From positions 7,564,001-7,628,000 of the forward strand of contig CM120641.1 of assembly GCA_051362555.1 (NCBI GenBank): 64,000 nt of DNA. Direction: 5' to 3'. The stretch's first letter is position 1, and each line of letters begins with the position of its first letter. Below, in pieces: positions 13,237 to 27,800 of this stretch. Below the pieces are notes generated by a model. The model made no database searches. It had not been told where the DNA came from and saw only the letters and a list, made by a program, of their open reading frames with translations. The DNA comes from Lingula anatina. Its lineage: Eukaryota > Animalia > Brachiopoda. The translations under genes and the position numbers were made by a program.

Positions 13237-16200
13237 AGATAAAAAAGAGGTGCAGCTATTCAGGTGTGTTGATGTTTAGGTGACACGAAACGAGAACCTC
13301 GTGATCATTCGCTAGAAATTTTGTTTCCCGTTGCATTTATCTTTTGGCGTATGTTTTCCTGACCAAAAATTTGTCAGGTGAGGGGAGATATTTTTACACG
13401 CAAACTTGCAGATTGAGAAATGTGTCGTGGCAAATAGGCCAAAATACCCTTTTATCAATAAGATATTTTTTGTAAAGGTAGGTTTTAAAATAATCGTCAA
13501 AGGAATGATCCTAGTCTCATGTTCGCATGTAGAAAACGCAAGCACGCACACATACATGTGTACAATAAGCCCCTTTGTGCCTGACCCATATACACAGAAT
13601 ATTCAATGTTTCCAAAGTGTATGAATTGTATGCAGGTTGATAGTTTTGTTTTAAAAGTGCACACAAACGATTGCAGAAATTACTGATAATTATTAATAAT
13701 TATCATAAATGGATGATACGATGGCATCCGAATGCTACAAATGTTAGAGGACTTCTTTGTGCATTTAGAAATAGAAATAAATGAAAAAAAAATTTGGTGA
13801 TAAATGGAGAGAAAAAGACAGGAATGATTGATTGCATCAGTGCTTAGGACAGTTAATTGTATAACTTACTATAACAAGTATGACTTACCTGGGGATTCTA
13901 TTCAACCAGGAAGGAAAAAATTTAAAAAAAAACAAAAAAAAACGTCAATTAAAGTCCGTGTTATTAGCGAAGTCACAATTGTTGAAATTTGGGTCATTCA
14001 TTAAAAAATAACGACATCCCCTTCTGGGTAAAACGTTAAGGCATGAAGTGTGTTTTACTGTCCTCATTATTGTACGGTTGTGAGGCATATATATGCGGCA
14101 AAGAGAAGGCAGCACGTGTCTAACATATAGATGTTCTTAATTTTTATTGTAGGGGAGAATTCACATTGAGAAGAGCCGAGATCTTGTTAGGCTGCGACCT
14201 AAATATGGCGGACCTATATAAAAGGAAGGCCGCTTAATCCATTAATGGTCTCTCCGCCTCTCACACGCCTCCCCGCGCGTCGTCCCTGCAGGGGCACACT
14301 AATTAAATCTCGGCTCAATTCAACCGGTCGAGGGACGACGCGTGGGGAGCCGTGTGAGAGACGGAGAGACCATTACAGGATTAAGCGGTTTTCCTTTGAT
14401 GTAGGTCCGCCATATTTAGGTCGTGGTCTTATTAGACCTCGGCTCTTCTCGATGTGAATGCTCCCTAGGAGTGCGTTTTTTCACCCCTAACGATTTAGCA
14501 TTATAAGAATTCGCTGTAAAGTCGTTATAAGCAAGAGTCCATCGTGTTCATAATTGTTTTATTTCTAGATCTTAAATGACAGATATGATAGACGACCCCT
14601 TCAATGTCATATAATGGTTATGTCGTTGCACAAAAAAAGTTTGTCATTGGTGGATCCAGGGTTATTTGAAGGGGGTGTCAGCGGATGCGAAGTTGGCCCC
14701 CCTACCCCCCCCCCCCCCCCCCCCCCCCCCCTTGGCGTGGGGCTGGAGGTCCGCTGAAGAGCCCCGAAAATTTTTGGTATTTTAGAGGGCGAACCATTTA
14801 GTACGATTTAGAACTATGATTCAGCGAGTCAAAATTCTAATTTCAAGAGGGGACCATTGTTATGATTTTTTTCAGAAATCGAAGGGGGGGGGGGTCAGGA
14901 ACCCCTAAATCCGCCACTGGTTGTACTAGTAGATACTTTCATGTGTTAATGGCTGTAATACCGACACCCAAAGACGTAAATCAGTCAATCGATCAGCAGT
15001 GGGAAGAGAATAAGTTGTATAATTATATAATCCCAGAACTGATAGTGCATGAAATTTACAATGGTACAGTGCAAGAACACGATCTATTTGCCACAGCGAG
15101 GTTGAGACTGTCTGCGCATAATTTAGAAATCGAGAAAGGAAGGTGCTCTAAGATTCGCAGAGAGGGCCGTTTGTGTATATGCGGGGGCATGCGAATAGAA
15201 GAGCACATATATGTAGTTTGTTACTGTGCAAAAACATCTGAAATAAGAAAAACTTTCCACAGAAATTTTACAATTGTTTTAATAAATGCATATGTGCAAG
15301 AGCTTTCAAAGTGTATAAGATCATGTCTAGACGCAGTATCGTAAAAGAGGGGCTTACTATAGTTTATTATGTTTATTTTCTGGTTAAATTCATTAATATA
15401 CACAAGTCGAACTTTAGGTAGTTGATGCCTAATTTAATTTTTTCATTAATCAAAGAGAAAATCAAATCAAAATGCACAACCCAGTTCAGTATGTCAGTGT
15501 GGGATTTTTAGCATCGATTATAGTAAGTATTTATTTATTAACGCCACATATGATATGAGTACATCACCCGGCCTCATGGGCCTACAAGTCACCGTTCTTT
15601 GTACATATATCAGAAACAGTATAGTATCGGTTGAAATTTCAAGCCGTCTTTCACCATGATGAGTCTCTGCAAATTTTGACGTATTGATATTTTGGAAGTA
15701 CAAGTCGAGCAAATGAGAATTGATTGCAAAACCAGCAACGTTGTTCTAAGACAACGGTTTGTTAACGTAAGAAAAGTTCCTAATTTGATACGGCAAATAA
15801 ATGGGCGTTTCATTTGTGTCGCTAACTATACGTATTGTGAGTCTTATCATTTTGTGGATTGTGGAGAATAAACAGCGTCTGATCACTGACTGCTAATTCA
15901 CAATTCCGCCCCTCAGCATTTGATAAGAGCTCTATCTGATATTTACTACAAAATAAATGTGTAAAGTACAACTTAAATTTGTACGGAAAGATTACGTGAA
16001 GTGTTGACTTACAATGCTATGAAATCACTACCTAGTAGGCAGGTGTTTCTAATATACACTCCCATTGCAAAAAAAAAAGTATTAACGCATATTTGTACAT
16101 TGCAACAAGGGAACCCATAGATTTAATTTTACTATTACATAACAACTACATGTACGCAATTGATCATTGTGTAAATTGGGGCTATGAGTTGTAGAAGACT

Positions 16201-18098
16201 GGTCTGCCTGGCGTCTTAGTGAGAGGGAGACCAGGAACCGTCTACGTCGAGTCAGATGGTATACGGAACTCTGGGATGGACACCAACCAACAACTGGGTA
16301 TTGGTTTTGTTCTCTGAGGAAGGCAGGTTAAGCGTTCTGAGTAGTGATGTACGCGTAAGGGTTTGGAGAACAGCTGGTAAGAAGTAACTTACCAATTTTC
16401 TGCCTTCGGTCGACAGGACGCAGCCCATATAAGTCATGGTAGGGGTGTACTTGCTACTATGGTGTAAGCGAGCTGGCAGTGGTCAACGAGAAACTTAACG
16501 CAGAGCAATGCCTACCCTCTACCAGGGTTGCAGGCAAATTTGACAGAGAATCACATGACTATTTATCTAAAGACAATATCTGTGAGTATCTCGTGAAAAA
16601 TCAATCTGTCGCCCTGGTAGAGGGAAAGCAATCTCTAGGAGTCAGATTATCTCAGACTTGGATCCATCGACATTGGTATTTCAAAGAACAGATGGCGTCA
16701 TCCGGGTTTATGACAGTTACACGAGGTACATTGTGCTGAAATTCCTCATGGCAAAACATTCCCTTTTAGGTCAATGTGGCATTTCTCGCTAATGTATGCT
16801 TCCTTGAACATGATATTTGCTTTTCCTTATAAAGTCCCGATAATTCATCAATACCTTTTAGGTCACTGTGGCATTCATCGCTAATCCATGCTTTCTTGAA
16901 CATGATATTTGCTTTTCCTTATAAAGTCCAGATAATTCATCAATACCTTTTAGGTCACTGTGGCATTCATCGCTAATCCATGCTTTCTTGAACATGATAT
17001 TTGCTTTTACTTATAAAGTCCCGATAATTCATCTTTATAATTGATCACCAGATGGAACCCAAACGAAAAAAAAAGCAAATATACTTTAATTTGAAGTTAA
17101 TAAAACACTAACGGGCTGATTAAATAGTGCATGTTGACTTGTTGAGCTACGTTTGAACTTACTGTTGACTAAGTTTGAACTTATTGAAATTGCAGATGCA
17201 ATATTCTGTTGGAATATTTCATCATCTTTAGCAAAGCTGAAATGCCCCCATTGTTCTTGGACACTAAACACTTCAAAGAGGCGCTGTAAACACGCCCCTC
17301 TAATTTCACCTATAGGTTATCCAAAGCAATTAATATCACATTAAACAGTATCGTCATTCTCGTACAAAAAATTGTTAAAAGTTTAAACTATATTTATGGC
17401 CGTTAAGAGGAACGCCTGATGTGTTAATATTTTAACCATTGAATTGGTGCTGCAATCTCGAAACATTTATGACTATATTTAGTAGAATTCTGTCTCTTTT
17501 ACGTTTTATTCCTTTTATCAGATTTAAAACAAATATTAATGGTTTGAGACATTTGTGTATTGACACCAATAATTTTATCAAACTTAGCTTTTCTAAAATT
17601 TTGCTAAATTCCATTAAGCCAGAAGAACGAGAAAAAATGCTCTTGCATCTCAGTGTTGCCTGCATTTCAGGATTTACGACATTATATTTATTAGCCTACT
17701 CAATATCAAGTGGATGACTGTAAAAATATGGAAAGCTAAACATGGTATTTTTTAATGTAATTGAGATTAGATTCTTAGCCCTTAGCCATTTGTATCAATT
17801 AGAATAGTCATCAGATGAGTATAAAATTCGTTAAACATACATTTATGTAACGAATATGACCTACTTAAATGTTAAAAGCCATTAGACCAACAAGATAGAA
17901 CATGAAAGTAGCTTTTTTTATACTCTTTATTGTCACGTACCTAAAAACCTCCCAAAAAGGATACACATACAAATATACAAATTTTTACTCAATTTCCTCA
18001 ATTATTTTTCTTATCACTGCTTACACTATTTATCTTGCGTAATGCTTCAGGTCCTTGTATCGGGGATTTATTAGTTCATTTCTTTATTTTATTTTATT

Positions 18099-18161
<63 letters not shown>

Positions 18162-18853
18162 TTTTTTGACGAATAGTTCGGAAATATTTCTTGATTTGAT
18201 TTAACTGTCTGTGAGTTGTCATAAGCATTTCACGGTGCCATTGAGTTCCATAGAGGACGAATACAAAAATATATACGGTTTTTGTAATAGTTAAGAGTTT
18301 AACTTAATTCTAGTACTGCCTGCACCATCTACGATTTTTTTTATAAATCAGTAAACCCGTGCAACACCTAATAATGGGGATAATAGGGTGTATCAATATA
18401 ACTAACGTAAAATGATATTTGTGGTGACTTTCCTGTATACCGAGTATATAGAGACGAGCTACTGCTTTGGTGTTTTGGCTTTGGTAGGGTGATCTCGCCA
18501 TGCGCGAGGGGGTTCAGCCAAAAATGATGGAGACTTGACAGGCGCGTGACAAAGTAAAACACGGTTGACGGTCGTGCTCAGTTTGTTTTGTCAGATAACC
18601 ACTCCCCTATGTTATGGATAAGTCATTTGTTTGTGCCTTCTGTTAATATGTGACAGGTTCTGACGACAGACATGAAGAGGCTATTCTTGTTTGTTTATCG
18701 AATGACTATGTAACTATTCGAACAAGACAATTCCTTTTATGGGCTTGGCTGCTGCCAACAGATAATAATTATATTAATGGATCAGGATGACTTCGAAAAT
18801 GGAAGAAGGGGGAAATGATAACAATAAGAACAATGTTAGTAAATAGATAAGAC

Positions 18854-18889
<36 letters not shown>

Positions 18890-21800
18890 TATAATTTGCC
18901 AGTAATTTACGTGTAATTATTTGTGTCAAGATCCTTGAGCTAATGCTTCAAAAGGAAAGAATTAAATATTTTTTTCTGCACATCGTAGAAAGAAATCATG
19001 CACGTTTCCTCACTGAAGAAAATTGATTATCCTTTTTAGCATGTAGGACCTAACTACCGATCTCATTGAATAACCCTGAAAAGTCGGCTATAAAACTGTT
19101 TGACATGTCATGAATTTGAAACGTCCGTGTAAAAACTATTATCAGGTTATGTGAACCATATCGCGTCTTATTCTGAGATTTTTAAACTTGCTGCTTTGAA
19201 ATATCTTAAACCATTAAAAGATAAAAGAGAAAAAAATCTGCCTTGTGTCACTTCGAAATCTGAAATGTTCAGGTTTGGGTTCCTTTTACAATGCACATTT
19301 AAAAGCATGGATCTTGTTTACGTGTATATTAAAATAGTTAATCATTAAGATGAATGGACTAACTTTTTTATATAAAAATAAAGAGAACCAGTAGACCTTT
19401 ACAATATACTGTATGTAGACATATAAAGTAGTTTTCCTCTTCAAGGCCTACTATACTGTAGGCCTACCTTATAAGTTTTTCAGAGTAAACATGCCGCTTT
19501 TTATTGATTAATGCGTGTTGATATTAGATGTAGCCTATGTATCCTTATTAGACAAAAAATTTATATATATACATTTAAGTATAAGCTTCTGCTTAACTAT
19601 GCAGGGGCCCAAAAAAACGCTTTGTGTCATACATGTACGTGTATGTTTTATGGTACAGGGGCGGACCCAGAGATATTTTCTGACAGTCTTCCACATTATC
19701 TTTGTTGATCCATCTAAAATTTTTGACCGTCTTCCGACAGAAAAATTTAGGTACTCATCAATGTAAACTTAGAAATTTGACCGTCTTCCGGAAGACCCAG
19801 AAGACCGCCTCAATCCGCCCCTGTGGTATAAGGGTCTGTCTTGGAAAACCTATCTGAGTGGAGGCTTGAAACGTTTGCCTCAAAGACCACGTGCGTTTTA
19901 GGGTTCAACTGAAAGGGTAATAATGCTTGTCCTATATCCTAAATACATACTGGTACGTAGGCCTACATTCCCAGACCCTATCGTACTAACTTTGGATCGA
20001 AGTATCTCCGAGGGGATTCTCGCTTAATTGCAATTAACTTGGGCGGCTTAGATGTCTGTCACGCCTGCTGAGGCTGATAGGGGGTAATTAACTATCGTTT
20101 AGCAGCTTTAGTGGGCGTCCCAGGCGTCGAAGCCGCTTGGGCTGAAAGCAATTTAGCGAGGGACCCGGTGGAGATGGACCGCGATCCTGCTAGATCGATC
20201 TAGGGATGGGAACCCAGTCTTTAAGCTCCTCGGGCAATGAATGGTGCTTCACAATCGGAGGTTTAGGCGACTCTTTACCTGTATAAAATATAACTGGAAA
20301 ATATGCTCCCTTTTAAGCAGTAAAGATGAATTTTGGAAAAGATTTTGGCAAAGATTGTCTGTTTCTCCCTTGAAAAAGAAAATATGAAAAGAAAGCAGTT
20401 TAGAAAGGTGTACAAAAATTAATTTAAGCGGGTTTAGGTTACTAGTACATCCCATTATACCCCAAAGTGTTACTCCCTGCATCATTACTACCCCGCATCA
20501 CTATTCCTTTGTACTGTTACTTTCCTGCATTGTTGGGGTGTAATGGTCTGGGAATGAAAAGACCCCAATTTTAAGGGGAATTTAAAGCTGAAATCATTGT
20601 TTTGGCCTTCGACAAAACACATAGGAGTCAAAAAGCGAAATTAAGAATTGATGTTTTTTTTTAAGCCTAAGAATTATAGTAAGGGATTTTGAAATACATG
20701 TTTCAATCACAGTTTAATGTTCTTTTTTTCATTAAAATATCTATCACTTCATATGTTTTGATATTAAGGTGAAGCTGGTATCTTTCCAACATGCAGTCCT
20801 GGAACAACAATGGCCAACCCTGGTGTAACAACACCGAAGACTCCAGAAAAAGTAACAGATGTGCGGTTACCTACTGGTCTTATTCCTGTGCACTACAAGT
20901 TAAAACTGCAGCCAGATATGTATGGGGACAATCCAGAAAATTTCCTTTTCAGTGGAGCGGTAGAAATTTTCATCCATTGCCAAGTTAGCACAAACAATAT
21001 CACCCTTCATATTAATAAGCTGACCATCAAGAATTCATCCCTTGCTTTAGTGGAACAAAACGGTAACAGAGTTGTGGATTACAGTCACTACGAGGTGGAT
21101 GAAGCAAGGCAGTTCTTTATTTTACACCTTCGCTCAAGCCTTTCAGCAGGGATGAATTATACACTGAACATGGAGTTTGAGGGTCCTCTTAAACCAGATT
21201 TAAAAGGCCTATATCTCAGCCAATACAAACGTGGAAATAACTCTGTGTATGGCATATATATAAATTATAATAATTATTTTAAAGGAATGAATTTGAATGA
21301 CTGAATAGTGCTTTAACTAGTTATTAATGACTAGATTGCTGAATAAATTTATTTAAGATAACAAGATTTACAAGTAGCTTACTTAAAAACCAAAGATATT
21401 GACACATACAAGTCCCTTCACTATGACCCAAAGAACAAGGCTTAACAAAACAATTTGGCTCCCCTTTTGCATGATATATTTATTTGGGATAATTACAATC
21501 TCGAAAAAAAAAACAAATTATGACCATATGAATACTTTGTGGATGTTCATGTAGATAAAATGAAATATTTTATTGTTGCTATTATAATTTATTTTTCCTT
21601 CCTTTGTAGCTATATAGCTACAACCCAAATGCAGGCTACAGATGCAAGGAAAGCTTTCCCCTGCTTTGATGAACCTGCATTTAAAGCTGTCTTTGAAGTG
21701 ACTTTGGTCAGGAAAGGCCATATGAAATCTTTGTCTAATATGCCTCAAACAAAAACTGAGCTGAAGTAAGTTTTCCAACTATTTGCATTATATTTTTGTT

Positions 21801-24800
21801 TATTTCTTAACAAATGGACTTAATCAAATGCTCAATTAATATATCAGTTTTTTGCAATTTATTTATTACCCCTGTGATAATTTTTAATCGGAGATAAAAT
21901 ATACACCAAAGCAGCCACTGAAATTAATTTTGTGAAGCCCACACCCTTAGATTTTTTAAAAACATTTAACATGTGAAAAGTAGTATTCTTATAAAGAAGA
22001 ATTTTTGGAATCTGTTTGATCAATATTTTTAACAGTAATCGGTCTTTATCAGTGATTACCTGACTTTGGACATGGTTCATGTCTATCAGTATGTTAAACA
22101 TTACCCCATTAAATGTATAATTCATGAATTTTTATCTATTCCAGTGCTGATGGCTGGTATGAAGACCATTATGAGCCCACAGTTAAAATGTCCACATACC
22201 TACTTGCATTTGTCGTCTGTGATTTTGTATCTGTAGAAAAAAATACAACCAAAGGAACAGTGGTAAGGTTGTTGGATAGAAGTACAAATATACCTTCTCT
22301 GAAACAACACATTACAATGACAGTTGTGAATATTTTATTTCATTTAGAGAATTGGTACAATGTACATTCAGATGGCATTTATACATAGAGTACAGACTTT
22401 ATCTGCAATTTTTTAAATGTCCCCCTTCAAGTTAAATAATACACTTAAAGTGTCCAGAAATTTTATGTATTGTAAGGAGAATTTGGATGACATTTTGATA
22501 ATTACTTTATCATCTAACTCACATATTTTGTGAAAATAACTTGCACTGTCATCAAGTTTAATTTGGCAAAAATATCTTTAATTCAATAAAATTTACTTTA
22601 CATTTGCACCGGAGTATGCTGGATAAATTTACTTATTCATTTTAATTGGTCAAAGTTTGTTTTTCAACTAAGCACCTCCTTGGCATTTTACAGAAATACA
22701 GATTAACAAAATAAGAGTGACTGATAAACCTTATCTACAAATATCAAGTTCTAAGCATAAGGACACTAGATCCAGTTCAAGCACAGGAAACATTAATGCA
22801 GCAAACAAAACAAGAGAATGAATTTACTTATTCATTTTAATTGGTCAAAGTTTAATTGTTTTCCACTAAGCACCTCCTTGGCAATTTATAGAAATACAGA
22901 TTAACAAAATAAGAGTGACTGATAAACCTTATCTACAAATATCAAGTTCTAAGCATAAGGACTCTAGATCAAATTCCAGTTAAAGCACAGGTGAAACAAT
23001 GCAGCAAACAAAACAAGAGAATGAATTTATGGCCCTAATTCATGTACCATGATTATAACTTGCACACCTGTGTTTCACACATGGACAGCACTGCAGGATC
23101 TAGTTTAAGCAAGGAGTTACAACAGTTGTAACTCCTTGGTATAAGTGATCTGTATGATATTTTGTAATAACCCCTTTAAGCTTTTGCTTGGATTTATAAG
23201 ACTGATGAGATATTTTAATGATTATGTAAATTAATTTTGAGAGCTGACTTGGAAACAGAACTACCAGATTAGACAGGTAACAGGTATACACTGTGAGGCA
23301 TCACTGTCACTTTTATTTTATGCCTCACAAAGTAAATGAAGTAGTTTATTTGTCACACTGTTCCTACCTGTGCAAAGTAAATAGCACCTGTCAGTTGGTA
23401 AAATCAGCAAGTTACCCACACTTCCAATTTTGGGGGATGTTAATTGATGGAATACACCTGCAGCTTTCACAAGTAGCTAGTGTCAAGTGACCATGCAAAG
23501 TGATCAGAGTACATTTTACTGTAGTGCAATGGTTGAGGTGTAAGCATGACAGGTTAACATTGGCTGATGACTCAATAACTTTTTGACTTTCTTGTGATAC
23601 CAATAGTTAATATACACAATGTGCATGAGTGATAAAATTAAACAGTGTGTTAAATGCTCAACACTTAATGGAGTTGGTAATGATACTCAGTATACATTTT
23701 GACATTTGGTTTAAACCATAAATTATCAAAATATTGAAAAGAGGTGCACAGAAGATCCAAATACAATGACTAACTACCTTCTTTTGGATGCAAAAATGAA
23801 TGACTAATTTGATACATATACATTGTAGCTGTCTGAATTTTTTAAGTATGTTTATACACCATTAGTATACCATAAGTACCTTGTTTGTGCAATGCTGTTG
23901 GAAAAAAACTGAACAGCAAACTAGCTACAATATATTTTTAGGTATAGTAAAAGTATAAGTATACAGCTACTGTAATTGGCCAATTTACTAAGATTCTTTT
24001 ATTGTTTTTTACAGGTGAAAGTTTGGTCAAGACCAGAGGCAATTAATCAAACACAGTATGCCCTTGAGGCAGGAGTTGCCATTCTGGAGTATTTTGAAGC
24101 TTATTATGATGTACCTTATCCTTTGCCAAAGCAAGGTAAGTTAATTTAGGGGTATTTGTATTAACACTTTTTACAAAGATTGTTGATTACATAAATATTA
24201 AAAAATTCTATATTATTAGTTTGAAAAAAATTGTATCAATAGAGACCCAATACAAATAAGTCCTCATTAAAATGAATCCCTGATGGTGGATCGGCTCACA
24301 TTATAAAATTGTATATCAAAACATTACACACCGGTGATCTCTGACTATTCTCAGTTGAGTGATATGGTGTTTTAAAAGAGGTGTGCAGGAATTTTGTTAT
24401 TCAGGATGGATGGGTGTGTGAGGGGATATTTTTAATTTAGTATATAATTTTCATCAAAGTAATTATGCCATTTCTCACTACAGGTTCTAAAGTCAAAACA
24501 TAAACTGGTTATGATTTTGAAAACAGGCATTTAAAATTGTTTGCAATGGATGGATTCTGTTACTAAAAACTTGGGCATTACTGACATATGCAATAAACAA
24601 TTTAAAATCAGTTGTTGTTTTTTTTTCACACATATATATATAGATACGATAAAATAGACTTGGCAGACATAAAGTTTGATAAATCTGATAATGCAATATA
24701 CCATCATTTATTAAGTACCATTTATATGGCCAAACTTTTTTCGTCCTATCTAGACATGATAGCCATCCCAGACTTTGCTGCTGGAGCCATGGAAAATTGG

Positions 24801-27800
24801 GGTCTGATTACTTACAGGGAGACGGCTCTGCTTTATGACCCTGCTGTGTCCTCATTAGGCAACAAGCAGTCTGTGGCCATCATTGTGTCTCATGAGCTAG
24901 CACATCAGGTACTGTAATTTGATCCTTGTTGTTCAACATTTTTTATTCTCTGAAAAAGAATTTTGACAGCATAGAATTTGACTGAAAAGAAAATCTTGGA
25001 TAATGCTTGGCCGACATGCATTTTTGTGAAATGGTACTCTGAAAGTAAAAAAATAAATGCTTGAAATCTTTGGGGGGAAAAAATCACAGAAGTTACTATG
25101 TAAGAAAATGCAACTTAAACCCTGCCTTTTGTGCTTATTTGTGTTAATTGACACTCGAAGAATACGGAGGAAATGTCAAGAGATCTATTGTGTTACATAA
25201 AAAGTTTTTTAGTTCTGCATCTATTGAAACCGTTTGGTAAAAAGATATCAAATGTTTGTACATGAGATGTAGACTCTAAGTACACTCCATTAAACATGAA
25301 TGGAAAGTAAAAAAAATACCAAAAATACTTAGGAGAAAAACAGTGTCAGTATGAGGAAAAACTGTTCATTTTATGAATAAGTATTTGCTTATGTTTTCTA
25401 ACAATATTCTGATATACGAACAGAAAACTAAGCAAATTTTATTATTATTTTCCTTCTAGTGGTTTGGTAACCTTGTGTCTCCACTGTGGTGGGATGACCT
25501 GTGGCTTAATGAAGGATTTGCAAGCTATGTGGAATACCTGGGGGTGGATAACTTTGCAAAAGAATTTAAACTGGTATATAAAATATAATTTTGTAGTAAG
25601 AGGCCAGAATTATCCCATATCCATTTTTAATTAGATTTTTCACTGAATATTAATAAATTATGTATTATTTTCTTCTTTGATATTTAGTTAGTTACTTCAG
25701 GGAAACGGAAGTCACCTGCTTGTAAGCTGTCTAGTATCTTACAAAAATTACGTAAGGAAAGGATAAGATAGTATCAAGATACCAAGATTTCATTGATAGA
25801 TTGTAATTTATTATTGATGTAACATTTTTTCATTCCAGGGGTTGAGATTCCCATCAATAGACATTCAAGGAGTATTCAGACCTGATGGTTTGGCAAGTTC
25901 CCATCCCATCTATGTCCCAGTGGGCCATCCAGATGAGATCATTGAGATATTTGACTCTATCTCTTACAACAAGGTTGGTTATTACAAAACAGTCATTATA
26001 GATTCACAATTTTTACATTATTTACCTCCTCTTTAGATCTGTTAAATGCTGCACTCCACCTGCTTCATTTGCTAATATTATCTCTGTCCCTCGGTTGATG
26101 AACAACTGTCACACATACATCATAGAAAACCCCGCCTCTTTCTCCTTTTATGAATATCTGATGTAGAAAACAACAGTGTCCACCAGAAAGAAGCTAGTTA
26201 CATGTGGAAAAAAAATTTAAATAATTGTGACAATTGAAGGCAAAAGCTGTTTTCCTGTTTCCCCGTTGAAGGCAAATATTGTTCCCCTTTCAAAGTAAGT
26301 GATTTTAGAATCACAAACAATTCTAATAGATAGATTGAAAGTACTTGAAAAAATATAAAATTTTAAATTGTTATTATATCTTTTATTTACGTATGTATGT
26401 ATGTTGTTTGAATGCCATTTTAATGCTATTTTATAATTTAAAATTGGTTTCCAATTATTTGTAGCAGTCTAAAATTACTACCAGACATTGATTCAAAAAT
26501 TGACTTCTGGATCTTATGATGGCAGTAGTACAGACTGCATAAGACTATCAATCAACTTTATAGAATAGATATATGCAAGAAAGCCTCCAATGTTTTATAA
26601 ATCTATATGAATGCACTGTTTTAATCTGTATGAATGCATATTTTTTATCTAGGGAGCATCCATTATCCGCATGATGAGCTACTTTCTTACTGAGGATACA
26701 TTTAGGAAAGGACTTACGGTGAGCTCTACCAAAATTGTAACAATGTATGAAGTTGTATATATATATATATATAAAAGGAAATTCTAGAAACTTGAACCGA
26801 AAAAACTTAAATAAACATTTACATTTGTTTTTGCTTTTGAAAGGCCTCTATACTCTACATGTGGTATCTAGATTGAGATCTGTAATGTGAACTTTACACA
26901 AAAAGCTATACAAACTAGACTTTTTGCATGATTTTGCATGGTGACAGCTTTCATTTCAAAAGATGCTTTACAATTTTCATTTAGAGTTATCTTCGCAAGC
27001 ATGCGTATGATGTAGCCACCCATGATGATCTTTGGACTTCACTGTCTCAGGTAAAGAAGCAGTAGAGAAATATGGAGTAAAATGTTTGAAAATACCCCCA
27101 AAACATGAATAAGTTTTTGTCAGTTCAGAATGGAAGAAATTGTTTATGTGTGTGTACATATACTGAAGATTAACATTATTGTTTCCTCTCTATTTTTTTA
27201 TTAAGATTTTCAAGTGGGACAAACTATTTGAAATCTTCAATTAAAGTGCAACTCATTTCCTGTATAGGAGGCTAGAAGTCACCAAAAACTGAAGGCTTGT
27301 ATGAATAGCACATTCTTGCCACTTTTCCCGGAGTCGATCTTTTAATTTGCTGAATAACTTCTTTTTTTGACATTTTGAACACAGGAGGCTACAGGCATTG
27401 ATGTCAAACAGGTGATGGACACATGGACACTACAGATGGGCTACCCTGTGGTCAAGATAGACCTGGACAACACCACCCCGACTGGTGCTGTACGTGTGAC
27501 CCAGAAACATTTCCTGATTGACCCCTCTGTGGAGCCCAGTCCTAAGTACCCAAGTCCATATAAGTGAGCTATAATCCAACTATTATGTCCAAACAATTAA
27601 TGTTAATTTTACATGTATGAGGTATATTAATTATTACATATGATAGTTTTTAATTCTTTAAAATCTTATGCTTGACTTTGTGTTTAGTATGATAGTGTGG
27701 ATCTGCAGTCACATGACAGGAGAAGAGGTCCTTTTCTGTCAATGTAAATTATTTTCAGCTGTCTACAAAGGGGCAGTCAAATACCTTCATGGTCTATAAC

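Noticed and set aside
12912-13283. ORF with a poly-Lys run
   Set aside because: Translation of an intronic poly-A tract (13196-13235).
13880-13895. U1 snRNA-like acttacctgg
   Set aside because: Only a 10-nt match; the rest of U1 is absent.
17040-17720. Possible minus-strand L1/Tx1 ORF2 C-terminal remnant
   Set aside because: Only a vague resemblance across broken frames, with no diagnostic motif I can support.
24540-24600. Possible GAMEN ghost exon in module 1
   Set aside because: Similarity is too weak to distinguish from chance by eye.
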